NCBI GenBank assembly: GCA_036172245.1
Contig: JAYWIR010000001.1
Coordinates: forward strand, 8,184,001 to 8,248,000
Direction: 5' to 3'
Length of the DNA: 64,000 nt
DNA from: Raillietiella orientalis
Taxonomy: Eukaryota
In this document: positions 11,470 to 23,209 of the stretch, in pieces
How positions within the stretch are numbered: position 1 is the stretch's first letter
Layout of the letters: every line of letters starts with the position of its first letter
Program-made: the position numbers and the translations under genes
The notes under the pieces: generated by a model
The model's database searches: none
Told to the model about the DNA's origin: nothing
The model's input: only the letters and a program-made list of their open reading frames with translations

Positions 11470-12560
11470 TTTATCAACCCGGGTGTGCCGGGACATTTAT
11501 TATGAAAAATAAATGTACAAAGTGTAGGGCTTTCGGTCTTACAGCCTTCCAACGTGTTTCCAACTTGCCGAGTTACCGGCACGCAGGACGCGATGTTCGA
11601 CTGGGCAGAGAAGGTGAAAGAGACAAACAAAAATGAAAGCAAAAACAAAAAACACTATATACCGAAAAATGGAGGGGGGGTTAGGGAAGGGATAACATTC
11701 TTCTGGGGCCATCTTGCTGCAGTCCTCAGGAAGCGCAGGGCGAAGCGGATGGTGCCCCTATCGTGCCGTCGTTTTTGTGCAAAGCACCAGATCGTCACAA
11801 TCCTGCGTAGGCAGCAAAGAGCTACTAGGGATGCAGCATGAAAGGGCATCGAGCACGAACGGTGTCTTAAAGACTTCTCTGGGGTTGTCCATTTGTGCGC
11901 ATAGGGCCGTTGCAAATCACAAATACAGGGGCCCGAAAGCAACAGTCAACGAACAGTTGCAGAGGGGATTCTTGTCTCCCGCACCTGCAGCAGTTTGGGT
12001 TGACAGCCCTTCATGTCCAGTGAGACCAGCGGACGCTGCTCAGGAGGACCCAGTGCTACAGCAGAAGTGCCGACTCCTGCCACTTCAGGTGGAGGGCCCA
12101 GTTGTTCTTCAGCACTGAGGATCACTCAAGGTCTCCTGCGGGAGTCCTTGCAACTCATCCCAGCGCAATACTCCTTTCGGTCAGACACTCGGGGTCGCAA
12201 CGACCGTGAGAAGCTCCCGAAAGATGCCATGCATGAGAAAGGGGACCCTTGTCACGCGGCCGAACCTCAAGCTTGATCCGGGAGTGTTCGTTCAACAGGA
12301 ATCTCGACTTGCCTCTTCAAGACACCCGTCGGCACAGGTGTCGGTCGAGGAAGACGTGGTGGAAACCATCCTCCGACTCGGAGTTCTCGGCCAACAGTTT
12401 GCGCTCGTGCATCGCTGCGCACACTTCGTAGATACGGTCTCGCTCTCCAGTCGGCACACCTGGCAGCAGGTGGAGGTTGAATTCTTTCACCTAGTCACGC
12501 CAGGGGGTTCATTGTGCAAACCAGTTGGGGACCAAGTTCTTGACTGAAGACGTAAGAACT
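11470..12560 (-). mobile_element. L1/Tx1-like LINE 3' fragment
   Basis: LRFLRTAARW C-terminal motif near 11705-11740, T-rich 3' UTR, 3'-end motif AATAAATGTCCCGGCACACCCGGGTTGATAAA. Confidence 0.6.
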
Positions 12561-12659
12561 TCAAGGGGAGGGTCCACCGACACGCATGCCGGGGTAACGA
12601 AAAGTCCGGAAAGGGTTAGATGATCGGAACACAACAAAAAAACTCAATGCGCTGGGATT

Positions 12660-14760
12660 GGGCAGGGATCATGAAGTTCGTTCCGTGTTCATCGAATAAA
12701 AACGCAAACACCGGGGAAGTTATGGAGCGAAAAGAGATAAGGAATATGAAAAAAATAAATGAATAAATTAAGGAAGGCAGCAGACCGGGCTCATTGGTGT
12801 CCGCCGTTTCTGTTTCTCTGGAAGCCGGCAATCTCCTCAACTTCTTGATTCAGATGAAACCACCTTGAAGCTGTCCTCATGTAGGCGGTTGGCATCCTGG
12901 TGACCTGCTTTCGCTGCGTGCTCGTGTCGAGCACATGGTGGGCCATAACTGTGGCACGGATGCAACCCATGGTTGCACTGACTAAGCCCATCGGAAGTCC
13001 CCCTGCCGCGAAGAACCGTCGCAACACATCTTTTGTGGTGTTCTCCGGGTCACGGAGTGCTGTTGTCAGCCTTCGCCACAGTTCCCGGAGGACACCGCAG
13101 TTCGAAAGCAAGTTCGGCGTCATCAACTCTGCCGGCCGCATCTGGCACAATTCGGGGATGCAGTACCTGCGGAAACGCGGTGCTGCCTCTCGCTGCATTG
13201 GAATCCTTCGTGAAGAAAAAGTAGCAAGGCCCCTTTTTGAGGAAAAAGGGAACACTGCAGTGTGTAAACAATGGGGAAGGAGCACAGTTTCTTCAGAGTC
13301 AGCACGCAAACATTCGCTCCACCGAAGAAGTCCCGTCGTCAAAGCACGCGAAGCACAGTGGCAGCATCCACCAGCCCGCGTGTCTCTCAGCCGCCAAGGA
13401 GTTTGTTTTTTTCCCGCGATGGTGCAGGAAAAAACTTCAACCTCGCAAGTGGACTACTATCGTCTCTTGTCCTCGGGGCGAGCGCTGCGGCAAAGACTGT
13501 GACGGCCGGAGCCGACCACTTTACTCTATCTTGCATCACCACTTCCAAAGGTCGTGAAAGAGTCGCAGGGGGCAAACATGCTTAGGCCACGTTTCCTGAA
13601 ATACCTCCCAGGACTCGACAACCTCCTGCTCCCAGGCAATAAAGTTCTCCGGGGGGGCGGCAGGAGATTTATCACTGCGTTTCCACCGGAGAAAGTCGAA
13701 TTCCCGCTTGCTCTTAGGGTGTTAGGCACCATCGAGAGCATTGCTTCGCCGCCGGCGAAGCTCCGCATGATAATGCGTGCTGATGCACACAGTAAGGAAG
13801 TCCACAGCTTCTCACAGAGCACCAGCATTGGAAACTACACTTGGAGCCCGATTCGCTCCAACGTCAGGATGCCTACGCCAGCATCCCGATGCGGAGTCGC
13901 TAAGTCTTTGAGGGCATCCTAGACCTTGCCGGTCCCCACAGAGCATTCCCGAGCAGGCGGTGAACACGCTGCCTCGCCTCGTAGGAGGACGTTCGAACAA
14001 AAAAACGGGAGGAGGAGGAGGAGGAGGAGGACTAGGAAGCTGTTCCGATTTGCGGTCCTTTCCGCAAGTTGAGCTTGCCATGGAAGAACGGGCCCAGAAC
14101 CAACTCTGCTTCTGAAAGCAGTCCAACCACGCTCCGGCAGCGCCAAGGTTGCCCAACGGCACGCCAAGGGACTTGAAGTACTTGTCCGTGATGATCCCCA
14201 GGTGGATCTAGTGAAACCACTTCTCCCACGTCGCACCTACGGTAACGACCACGCTTTTGCTCCTGTTGACGCGCACGCCCGCTCCTCGGCAAATCAGCTC
14301 GAAGAAATTCTCGAGGCAGGAGGCCGGGGTGGACATGAGTAGTAGGAGAAGCAGACCGTCCACAATGGCGACCACGGCTGGCGTGCTCGGGCTAGATCTG
14401 GGTAGATGAGCCTGCGTCGGCCTGTACGCTCTCAGCACCACCTCGGAAAAGTTGCTAGAGAGCAGAGGGATCAGGCCGCTGCCGTGCCTGATGCCCCTGC
14501 GCACGAGAATACCTTACACGTGACAGCCATTTAAAAAAATGTAGATCAGCGCGTGGAGCCAGCAAGAGGAGCAGGTAGGCTAAGAGTTGCGCCTGGAGAA
14601 CAAGGCGTTCCAAACAATCGCAAAAGTACGTGCTGGTCGACTCAGTCGAACGACTTGTGGAGATCGACCGCGATTGCCAAGGCACCCAGCGCTCTCTCTT
14701 GTCGTCTACGTCTGTTAAGCTTGCCTGCAGCAGCTAGCTTTTCCGCTGCCCGGCTTCGCT
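12660..14760 (-). mobile_element. L1/Tx1-like LINE ORF2 fragment with RT core, degenerate
   Basis: AVDLHKSFD*VD (DxxKAFD) near 14640-14675; RRGIRHGSGLIPLL (RQGxPLSP); AIVDGLLLL (YADD); GVRVNRSKS; KYFKSLGVPLG; PNLLSNCGVLRELW; AYMRTASRWFHLNQEVEEIAG. Confidence 0.8.
14008..14031 (+). repeat. (GGA)8 microsatellite within a LINE copy
   Basis: Read directly from the sequence. Confidence 0.9.
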
Positions 14761-14867
14761 GCGCTACACATTTCTGCAACTGCATTCAGGTGCACACGAA
14801 AAGCAGGTTCTCATCCATGGTCCGCCTTGGAATAGAGGAATTCTGTTCCATCAGACGGCGATTAAAA

Positions 14868-15290
14868 TTTTTTTACCCGATCATGCGAGGGCGTTTATTG
14901 AAAATAAGCCAGTTGGGAACTTTTGTTCCCAACTCGCGACTACATCTAAAAGCGAGGATCCACCGGCACGGAAGCCGAGACAACATAGTCCAGAACGGAG
15001 GAAGGACAGGAGGACGACAAAAATAAACATCCTGGGTGGGAAGGGATCTTTGGTATCGCTCCGTGAGTATCGGGAACAAAACAAAAAGAATCGGGAAAGT
15101 TACGGAGCGAATGGAGATGGGGAACCAGAAAAACAGTAAAGGGAGGGAGAGAGGGGACAGGGATCACCGGGTCCGCAGTTCTAAGCCGTCCATGAAGCGG
15201 CGGTGGATGCCGGTGATCTCCTTGGCTTCTTCTTCCAGGTGAGATGTGCTCACCAAATGGAAGCTCTGTGGCCACGTGGCTTCTGGAAAT
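14868..15290 (-). mobile_element. Short 5'-truncated copy (3' end) of the same LINE family
   Basis: SHLEEEAKEITGI near 15205-15245, pyrimidine-rich UTR, ending AATAAACGCCCTCGCATGATCGGGT-A7. Confidence 0.65.
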
Positions 15291-16799
15291 GCAATCTCAC
15301 AATTCATATCATTTCTTTCCTGGAGCATGTAACTTAGTGGATGACACCAGCCTCGAGAAACAGAAAAGCACTACTGACTACTGAGTCAGAAATTAAACTC
15401 GGCTACCATGCAGCTGAGTTTAGAACTAAGCGACTCTCGCATCCGCTCGCATAAAGTTTGTAATTTGTTGAGACATTTGTCGAGACAGCTATTAGAGGCA
15501 ATCAATGCCTGAAAAACTGCGACATTAGCGGTCGATTGAACCTTAGTCCATGACCTTGAACATTTTACTCTGAAGATATGGATCCCGTTTCTTATTTAGC
15601 TTTGCTCTTCGATGTCGAAGTTGATTGATTTTAAAGATTCAAAGGAAGAGTGCTCGCCTTGGGAATTCATGAATTCGATGACTTTATCAACGGTTTTTGG
15701 TAACTTCGTTGTGACGACGAACATTGTGGAACTGTGTAAGAGTGATGTACTCCATTTCAAGGAGCAAAATGGCATGACAACAGAACAAGCAACGTCATCG
15801 GAGGAAGCTGATCAGGAGGCTCTCGAAACGATGGGACATTGCGGTCCGTCCTCGTTATCGACATTTTTCTGTACACAGAAAATTGCTTCACGTAAATTTA
15901 TTCCTTCACGTAATTCCTTGCTACAGTGGTGAAAGTATTCAGATGCAGTAGCGCTTGCGGAGGTTTGAAAACAGCATGAAAGACATCCCGTGGGCTGGGA
16001 AAGGACCTGAAGGCTCCAAAGGCACAGCACTCCGGAAATTCTCCCGAGCACTCTCTTCTCTGCAGCGGAGCTTCCTCGTTGAGACAGCGCAAAGCGAGAA
16101 CATTCGGCGCCGCGTTGCCATGGCGGCTTCCACGTTTCCACCAATCGGTTCTGTCCACGCCACACATTGTTGGCTTTTCCGGCCGCTCGCTCTCGGCCGA
16201 ACTCGGAGCAGTGCTTCATGCCGGAGTGGATGGGGCGGAGGGGGGGCGGGGGGTGTCCGTCGAGCGCTCTTTTTCGCTCACGAAAACCATACTTCATCGG
16301 CATCTCCGATGCAGTGCGCTCCTCACCTGACTCCTCCAGCCTCCCAGCGAACGGGGGCATCCCGATCTCCATTCCGCGATGCTTCGCCGGAGACGGTCAG
16401 ATTGGCGCTCGTGCCGAGCGTGGAGAGGCGGCCCTACGACACCCTACGACGAATGCCGACAAAGGTTTCGACCGGCGGGAGCGATCTCGACAAGAGCCCG
16501 ATGGCGCGCACACCATCGTTTCAACATTTCAACATTCTATCATTCCACCTCCAGCCATTCTATTTTCAACACTTTCTACAACAAAATGCCTCGTTCAAGC
16601 AGCGTCGTCCGTATCCTTTTCCTATTCATCCGTATCATTTTCCATTCCTTCCCCTCTGTTCTATCTCCAAACATTTCATCAATCATACTTCTGAAATGGG
16701 GTATAATATCTTTCCGCTACTGACTATTACCCATCATTACCTCATGATTATCAGTGAGCATCCTTCTGCCCCTTTGTTGCGTGTCACGAGCCGATCTTT

Positions 16800-19250
16800 C
16801 CCACGAACTGCCCGAGCGCCAGGACGCCTCGTCCCGCAGTAAGGAACGAACAGACAAGGACATGTTCAACCTCTACTGAAGTCCTTGTGCTTGAAGAAAG
16901 CAACAGAGTTGACGCTTCCACCTCGTAGGTTGGTGTCAGAAGTCGCTGTTCGAAAGGACTTCCGGCAATCCGTCTGTTCTGTTGGAGCTGTTCGGCGCTC
17001 AGCAAAATTCTTACCACAACGCTCATCTCGCCTGTTCGGAAGCCATCGCGTGAGCAGTCCGTGGTGGTCTTTTCATGCAGCTCAGCTGTTCAGATGACAC
17101 GTGCAGACTTTTAGCAATGACGAAGGGACACTGACACGCGGGTAACATGGAAATCTGAGATACCCTCATCTCACGGGCGAATCCCATGCTCGTGTCCGCG
17201 TTCAGAAGAGGAACCGTTGTCACTTGAAAAATCATCGGAGCGCTGTTATCTGCACGGTTCAACAAGAAGTGGTCTCAAAAGAAGACCCATAAGAAGGGCT
17301 TATCCACTTCACGAATGGAACGTGCGGCAGTACCCATATCATATTATCATCATATAAGGACACACGACGCTCTCTGGCTGGACGGCTGGAGGGAGAAACC
17401 CCTTGCAAACCCCTTTTCAAGCATCGAGTTTGTGCTGCTTCACGGATGGTAGGAAGAAAATCAGCTGAAATGGGATTTTGAGTGATCTCTTCCCCGGGGT
17501 GGGAACGGCACTTTTCGCAGTTGTCACGGAAATCCTTGCAAAGGTCTAGATGAAGCGCTAAAGTCCATTTGGTTCCTTCCATTTATCTAACATAACATGC
17601 GCGGAGCTTTTGAAAGGTTAAATGAAGCTCATAGTTTGTAACTTTGATTAAGAAGCAGATTTGAAACGGTGGTTGTTGGAAAACTTCGCTGATAGTCTGC
17701 CAGCAGTTGTGGTTGAACACGACAGTTGAGTTTGCGTTGATACTGCTTGATTGTGTGAAGATTACTGTGCACGGCGGAAACAATTCGGAGCAAACCAGGA
17801 GACACCCCTTCCGATGGTGTGCATTTTTCAGTGGGACTCTTGCTGTCCAAGCTCTTTAGCTCTTATCCGCTTCTTCGATCCAGAAGCTTTCCACATCCGA
17901 ATTGTGTACAGCTCTCTTTCAAATTCGAAACCAATTGAGACGGACAACGAAATAACCGATCTGCGTCCTCGGACCTTACTTGCGATCTGTCCGTGCTGTC
18001 CTTCCTTCGACGGCGCTCCACTTCATGCAGCCAAGGTAAGCTGCTCGTACTTCACCGCACCTGTTTCCGAAGATGGTTTCGGGAGAGAAATTTCTCCCAT
18101 GTACCACACCTCGAGTCGAAATAATTGCGATGCTGGACGTGACTTACGACTCACGTTCTCACGCAGCAGTTTCGATTTTCAGATCAAACTTTCCGCAAAA
18201 TGCTCAATTTCTCAATTGCTCTTCGGCACTCCTCTCTGGTACCCAGAGACGAAGGTCGCCGTTACACCGGTCAGATTCGAAGGTTTCCCAGACGATCTCC
18301 TCTGATTTTCCAAGCTCCTTCTCCGCTGCAGCATTCGTGCTAATCCGTCCGAATGCGCAACACACCAGTCCTTCGGGAACGAAGCACTGCTGGAGATCCG
18401 AAAGTCACCTCAAGAAAGACACCACCCACCGTGTACTGCCTTCAGAAGATTTCGCGAGCGGGAATTGTCTTAAAATCCGCCTTTCTACATAGAGAAGATA
18501 TGCCCAGCGCAAAAAGCAGGTGTCTTGAGAATATCCGACAAATATCGACAAAGCAAATATCTACAAACAAATCCATACGTGAGACGGAGGAAAGGGGAAT
18601 AAAGAGATGGGCAAAAGGATGAGGCACAGAAAGAAACTGCGAAGAAAAAAATTGGAAAAAGAATGTTGTTCGCAACCAGCAGTCAGACATACGTCCGGCA
18701 GCATACCAAAAAGTGAAATCGCCAGCACGAAGTAACCAAAATCAAATAGGTCCTCAGCGTGGGCTCACGTAACAGCAAGAAAAACAAGGAATTGAGCTGT
18801 GCACTCTGCATGAACACAGAATGTCCACCGAGCACATCCATAAGGGAGCCAAAAAAACCTTAGAAGAAAATGGAATAGCCTCAAAAAAAAATGTTGAATG
18901 AGAGAAACAAATGTTGAATTCACGAAGGCGCACAACACCAAACAGAGGAGCCAATGGGTCTCTCCGAGTGGAAAACATGAAAGCTATCTCATCTACAGTG
19001 ACCTTCACCAAGTGGGCTGAAGAAAAACAAAAGCCATCAGTCCGACAGCATTGCTTCCTCCGAAGAAATCGAAACATTTCGAAAAAGTTGTCCTTCCGGT
19101 AATGCTGCAACACCACAGAACAACACAGAGGGAGCAAGAAAATGACGCAATCAACAACGATGTGTGAGACGAGTCCCGACGAGTGAGAGCTCGTTGGAGA
19201 TGGCCAACTACCCAAGGAGATGGCCAACTCCGTCTTCGCCTCCTTTCACG
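16800..19250 (-). mobile_element. Degenerate CR1/L2/Jockey-type LINE ORF2 (endonuclease + RT remnants)
   Basis: In order along the minus strand: VVRLREFNI (GDFN-like), LLADYQRSF..TTVSNLL (QxGFR..STxxNL), LHLDLCKDF (LDLxKAF), RGLQGVSP (GxPQG), VSLYDDNMIW (LYADD). Confidence 0.55.
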
Positions 19251-20139
19251 CCTTCCCTATGGCGTGCAACGCTCCCACCCGCAGCCACTGAGCTGCAGCA
19301 CTGCCCCTCAGTTCGGCGGATGCGGACTGCAGAACAAAGCCGCCAAGAAAAAAAAACAAAGAACATTCAGGCAGAGTCCGGTCGGATGTCGATGCGAATC
19401 TGATGGTCTCCACCAATGTGACAAATGATGATGCGGCACCAATTAGCGTCCGTGTGCAGCAGAGAAACGTATCGACCGCAGTGTTCCGCCGCCAATGTCC
19501 GTCGCCTTCCACTGGATGCATTGCATCCCTACTGAGCACGAATGTGCTCCTGGTACTTTCCAGGTATCCGCTCTTCTTCCTTCTTGTACGCAGCGACCCT
19601 CACAAGCAGCTTCTTTGCAAGTTGCTCTCGGCAGACACCTACGACGCAGAAGGTTTGACGTTGTATCTCAACCAACGAATTCAAAGTGAGCAACTCATAA
19701 TGGTTATGATTTCTAAGCTGGAAAAAAGAGAAACACCATCTGCTCCCTCTCTGCGAACATGCAGGTTATCTGGCAAGCCCAACCGTTCCACATCTAAGCA
19801 TCCCGCTCTGTCCCCATTTGGAAGTGAAGAGTTGGCTTCTCCCAACGCCTGTACGCTGCCGACTTCCTTTCGCAATGGTTGAAATGCATGCACGAACACT
19901 TTGGGGAGCAAGTTCCGGGCGCTCCTCTGTTTGCAAAGAAACCACTCTTTTCTTTCTTCCTCATGAGCCAACAGCGAGGAATTCCCCTTTGGAACGAACC
20001 CCGGCATTTGCTCATGGGAGGGCTTTCATTGCATATGGACGACTCGCATGAAGATGAACCGAAAACTGCTTGAACCACTGCTTCTTGCACTGGGAGCGTC
20101 CAGGGCCTTCGATGCGATTTCGAGAGCCACGGTAAAGCG

Positions 20140-22330
20140 GCTTTAGGTACCAATGAGGGGGGCCGTGAACGTCGAGATGATTGGACCAGAATGATGGATG
20201 AAGGAAGACAGAATGGTGCGAAGAGGGCAAAGTGACTGAAAGGGGGAGAAGGTGGCGTTTATCATGACAACTGTGATTTCTGTTGATGCTGCTGACAACA
20301 GAATTTGCATAGAGGGAAATGAAGAATAGGGTTGTGTGGATGGGATGGAATTGCAGAAGAGACGGGTCAAAAAGAAGTGGAATAATAATGCGGTGCGGAT
20401 GACGAAGTGTTTCTTCATGCTGCGTCTAAGGAAGAAGGAAGATAAAGAGGGAATCGTAAAGCACTTGGAAAGCAGACTGAATTCTCGTGGGAGACAGGGA
20501 ATAAATCAGTCGTTTGTTTTCCATGATAGGAGGTGCATGTGGAGAACATCACGAATGACGAACGTGGAAGCAATGTGTGCTTGTCCACACCCATGAAACT
20601 GCAGGTAGATCAACTTGCAAGGGAATTCTCGGGTGAACGCAGCCATGTTTACAGCGGAGAAAGGAAACGCAAAGAAAAAGACGTACAGTCGCTGGAACAT
20701 GCACGTACGTTGAATGCATCCGTACGCACTTGGGAAGCCTATACTCAAAGCACACATGAATACGGAAAGTTTCAAAAGAGGATGGGACCCTCCGCATCCC
20801 GAAAAACCCATTCTGTGAGATTCACTTCCACTTGTTGATGACTGGTCAAGGCAGCCATTGGAAGGAGGAGCAGAAGAAGGTGGAGGACAAAGATGAGGGG
20901 AAGAACAGGAAGATGTGAACCGTTTAAGGGAAAGGAGGAGGGGAAGCGTAGTAAAAGAACAGGAGTGGGATGGAAGCATGAATGGCTGTCGAACGAAGAG
21001 CACGAGAGGCTGGAGGAGGACCTCGACGAGAAAAATTCCTCGGAAAGGCAAGGGAAAGCGTCCGTTTAAGCACCAAAGAGAATCCAAGAGAAATAGAGAA
21101 AGAAGAGTAGAAGAGGAAAAGAGAATTGCAGAAAAGTGCAGTTTCGTGAGCAGTGCGCCGGTTCTTGTTTTGCTTTCGTGATTGCTCTTGTGTTCCGGCA
21201 TGCGAACGCTGGGGCTGTTCAGCAATTTCGGTGCTGAGCAAGTGTCCCGAAACTAGAAAGCGTCACCCGGATTGCGTGGGTCCTTGGGTGCGATCAGGGA
21301 TTTTGTGGATACAAAATGACAGCAGAAGAAAAAAAATTGTCTTGCGGTGTGTCCTCGCTTCGCTCGTCTGTTGAACCGCCTGTGGAATGATCCCATCGCG
21401 AAGGACGGTGTTCCTCTTCGGCGTGAGGACGTTAGCATCGGCCTGGATTCGGCGGCACCAGGCGATGGGTGACTCCCATGGTTTGTCCGATGCCTCTGTT
21501 GCTTTCGCTTGTGGATTTGCCATACCAGATAGCGATGGTGATGGTCGAATCCTGGGGAAGGATTCCTCCGGGGGGGGGGGATGGGGGGGGGGAAGCCAAG
21601 GAGGAATACGGCTTCATGCTGTCGGGGGTAGCAGCAGCCGGAGCTCTATCCTTCCGGACCAACTGGAAGGTCTGCAAGGGCCTACAGAGCCACCGTTCCG
21701 GCTCGTGAAGGTAGGAGAGAGGACCTCTTGGAACGCGGAAGGTACATTTTTTTTTTTTTTTCAGACGAAGAGAGGAGGACAGGAGACGTTGAAGCGAGAA
21801 GAGCTTTCACCAGGGAGGAAGGAAAGTCTCTCCGAATGAAGGAAAAGAGCTTGTCCCGCTATTTTTGTTCTTGGCTGAGGGGAAAGTTGCTCGAAAACGT
21901 GGAAGGCAGGTTGAACCGGTGCCTGCGGCGGTGTGCTCGGGAAAGGCATCGAGGCGTGTTCAGTTTCACGCTGCGGTAAGGGTGCGTGCAGGGAGCACCG
22001 AAGGATTCGGAGAGGGAGGACGAAGCGTGGAAACAAAATGCGGAGTGAACGGATATAAAGCAGGACGGCTGGAGGGACAGGGGCTGAAGATGACGGTAAA
22101 TGAGGAAAAAGATGAAAGGGAACAGAGAAGGGAAATGAAGGAAATGGAGGAAAGGTGCTGCAGGAGGGCTCGATGGTAGGTGGAAGGCGGGGTGGCTAAA
22201 AGGAGGAAGAAAGTAGTATTCGGGGACCGCAGATAGGGAGCACTGGAGAAGCAAGGAGTGAAAAATGCGGGAAAGCGAGGAAGATCATTTCGGCAAAAGG
22301 AAGATTCTCGAAATTACGGTGCAAAAACAA
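20140..22330 (-). mobile_element. Degenerate Penelope-like element (RT + GIY-YIG)
   Basis: In order along the minus strand: FGAPCTH (YGLPKIH-like), RFNVSCPPLF (FDVxSLF), WYGK..GQTMG/SPIA (GxxMGSP with a 1-nt frameshift, ~21460-21525), QDNFF (DDIF), LHFS, then LIYLQFHGCGQAHIAST (GIY-YIG-like, ~20565-20615). Confidence 0.5.
21570..21592 (+). repeat. G11-AT-G10 homopolymer tract
   Basis: Read directly from the sequence. Confidence 0.9.
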
Positions 22331-22639
22331 AAAGTCCAGAACGAAGATGGAAGAACGAGGTTATCGTTGCATGTTTATTATGATATCGATATGCACATGT
22401 AATAATATCAATGTATCTGTTTTGACATCTCTTTCAACTTGAATACCTATACGATGAATACGTATATGTTATAAATGTACCTGTGGCTTTTCACAACCAG
22501 ATGTATATATGTATGATTCAATACTTAGTTGTAAATGGCAATTCAAAATTTTTAATGTAAATATACTTGCGTATTAATGCCTGTATATAAAATAACGTAG
22601 TAAGTAAACATGTATGTACAGTTATGAGGACGATTAGAG

Positions 22640-23200
22640 GAAATCAGTCATTCAGTATCTCGCAGTAGCTCGATTGTACTGATTTACGTGGGAAATGATA
22701 AATTGTGGGAAATTGTTTCGTCGTACAAAGTTTTCCTCGTCATTCCTGTTTCGCTGCACGCATCAACATACATGGTAATGAGGATCATGTGGTTTGAAGT
22801 CAAGAGGTACACCAGTGTTTCTTAATGGACATATCAGTATCTTAGTTTGTGCTCTCTTCGTCCCATAGAAACACGTGTTCACGCGCATCAGGAGCTATCG
22901 TGAAAACTTGGAGAACTCAAATGTTCATCTCGATGTTTCCTTTTCTCCGAATGGAACGTGCTTTATCTCACTCCCAAGCATCTATCTCTTAAAGAAATAT
23001 TGGAGATCGCGGAAATTCTGAAATAGTGATAGATGTGTGGATGACTCACTTGAGTATGTGTGACGTATGTGGATCGTATCCTTGGCCAAGCAAATGCACC
23101 TTTTGATAAATGCACCCTATCCCCTTTCGTTCTGTTTGCCAAATAAAAGGTTTCGTTTGTCAGCTGCATGGAGATGTGCATTGGTTTCACAGGATCGTGT
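22640..23200 (-). mobile_element. CR1/L2-like LINE 3' remnant
   Basis: LHAADK (YADD-like), RCLGVR (YLGV-like), VRRNNFPQFII (VxxWNxLP-like), followed by an AT-rich tail. Confidence 0.35.
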
Positions 23201-23209
23201 GGATACGTG

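Noticed and set aside
15612..15932. 106-aa acidic ORF vaguely like a pogo/Tigger C-terminus
   Set aside because: No DDE motifs or terminal inverted repeats seen.
15955..16842. 295-aa ORF
   Set aside because: It crosses a GC-rich to pyrimidine-rich compositional junction and has no domain signature; a chance ORF.
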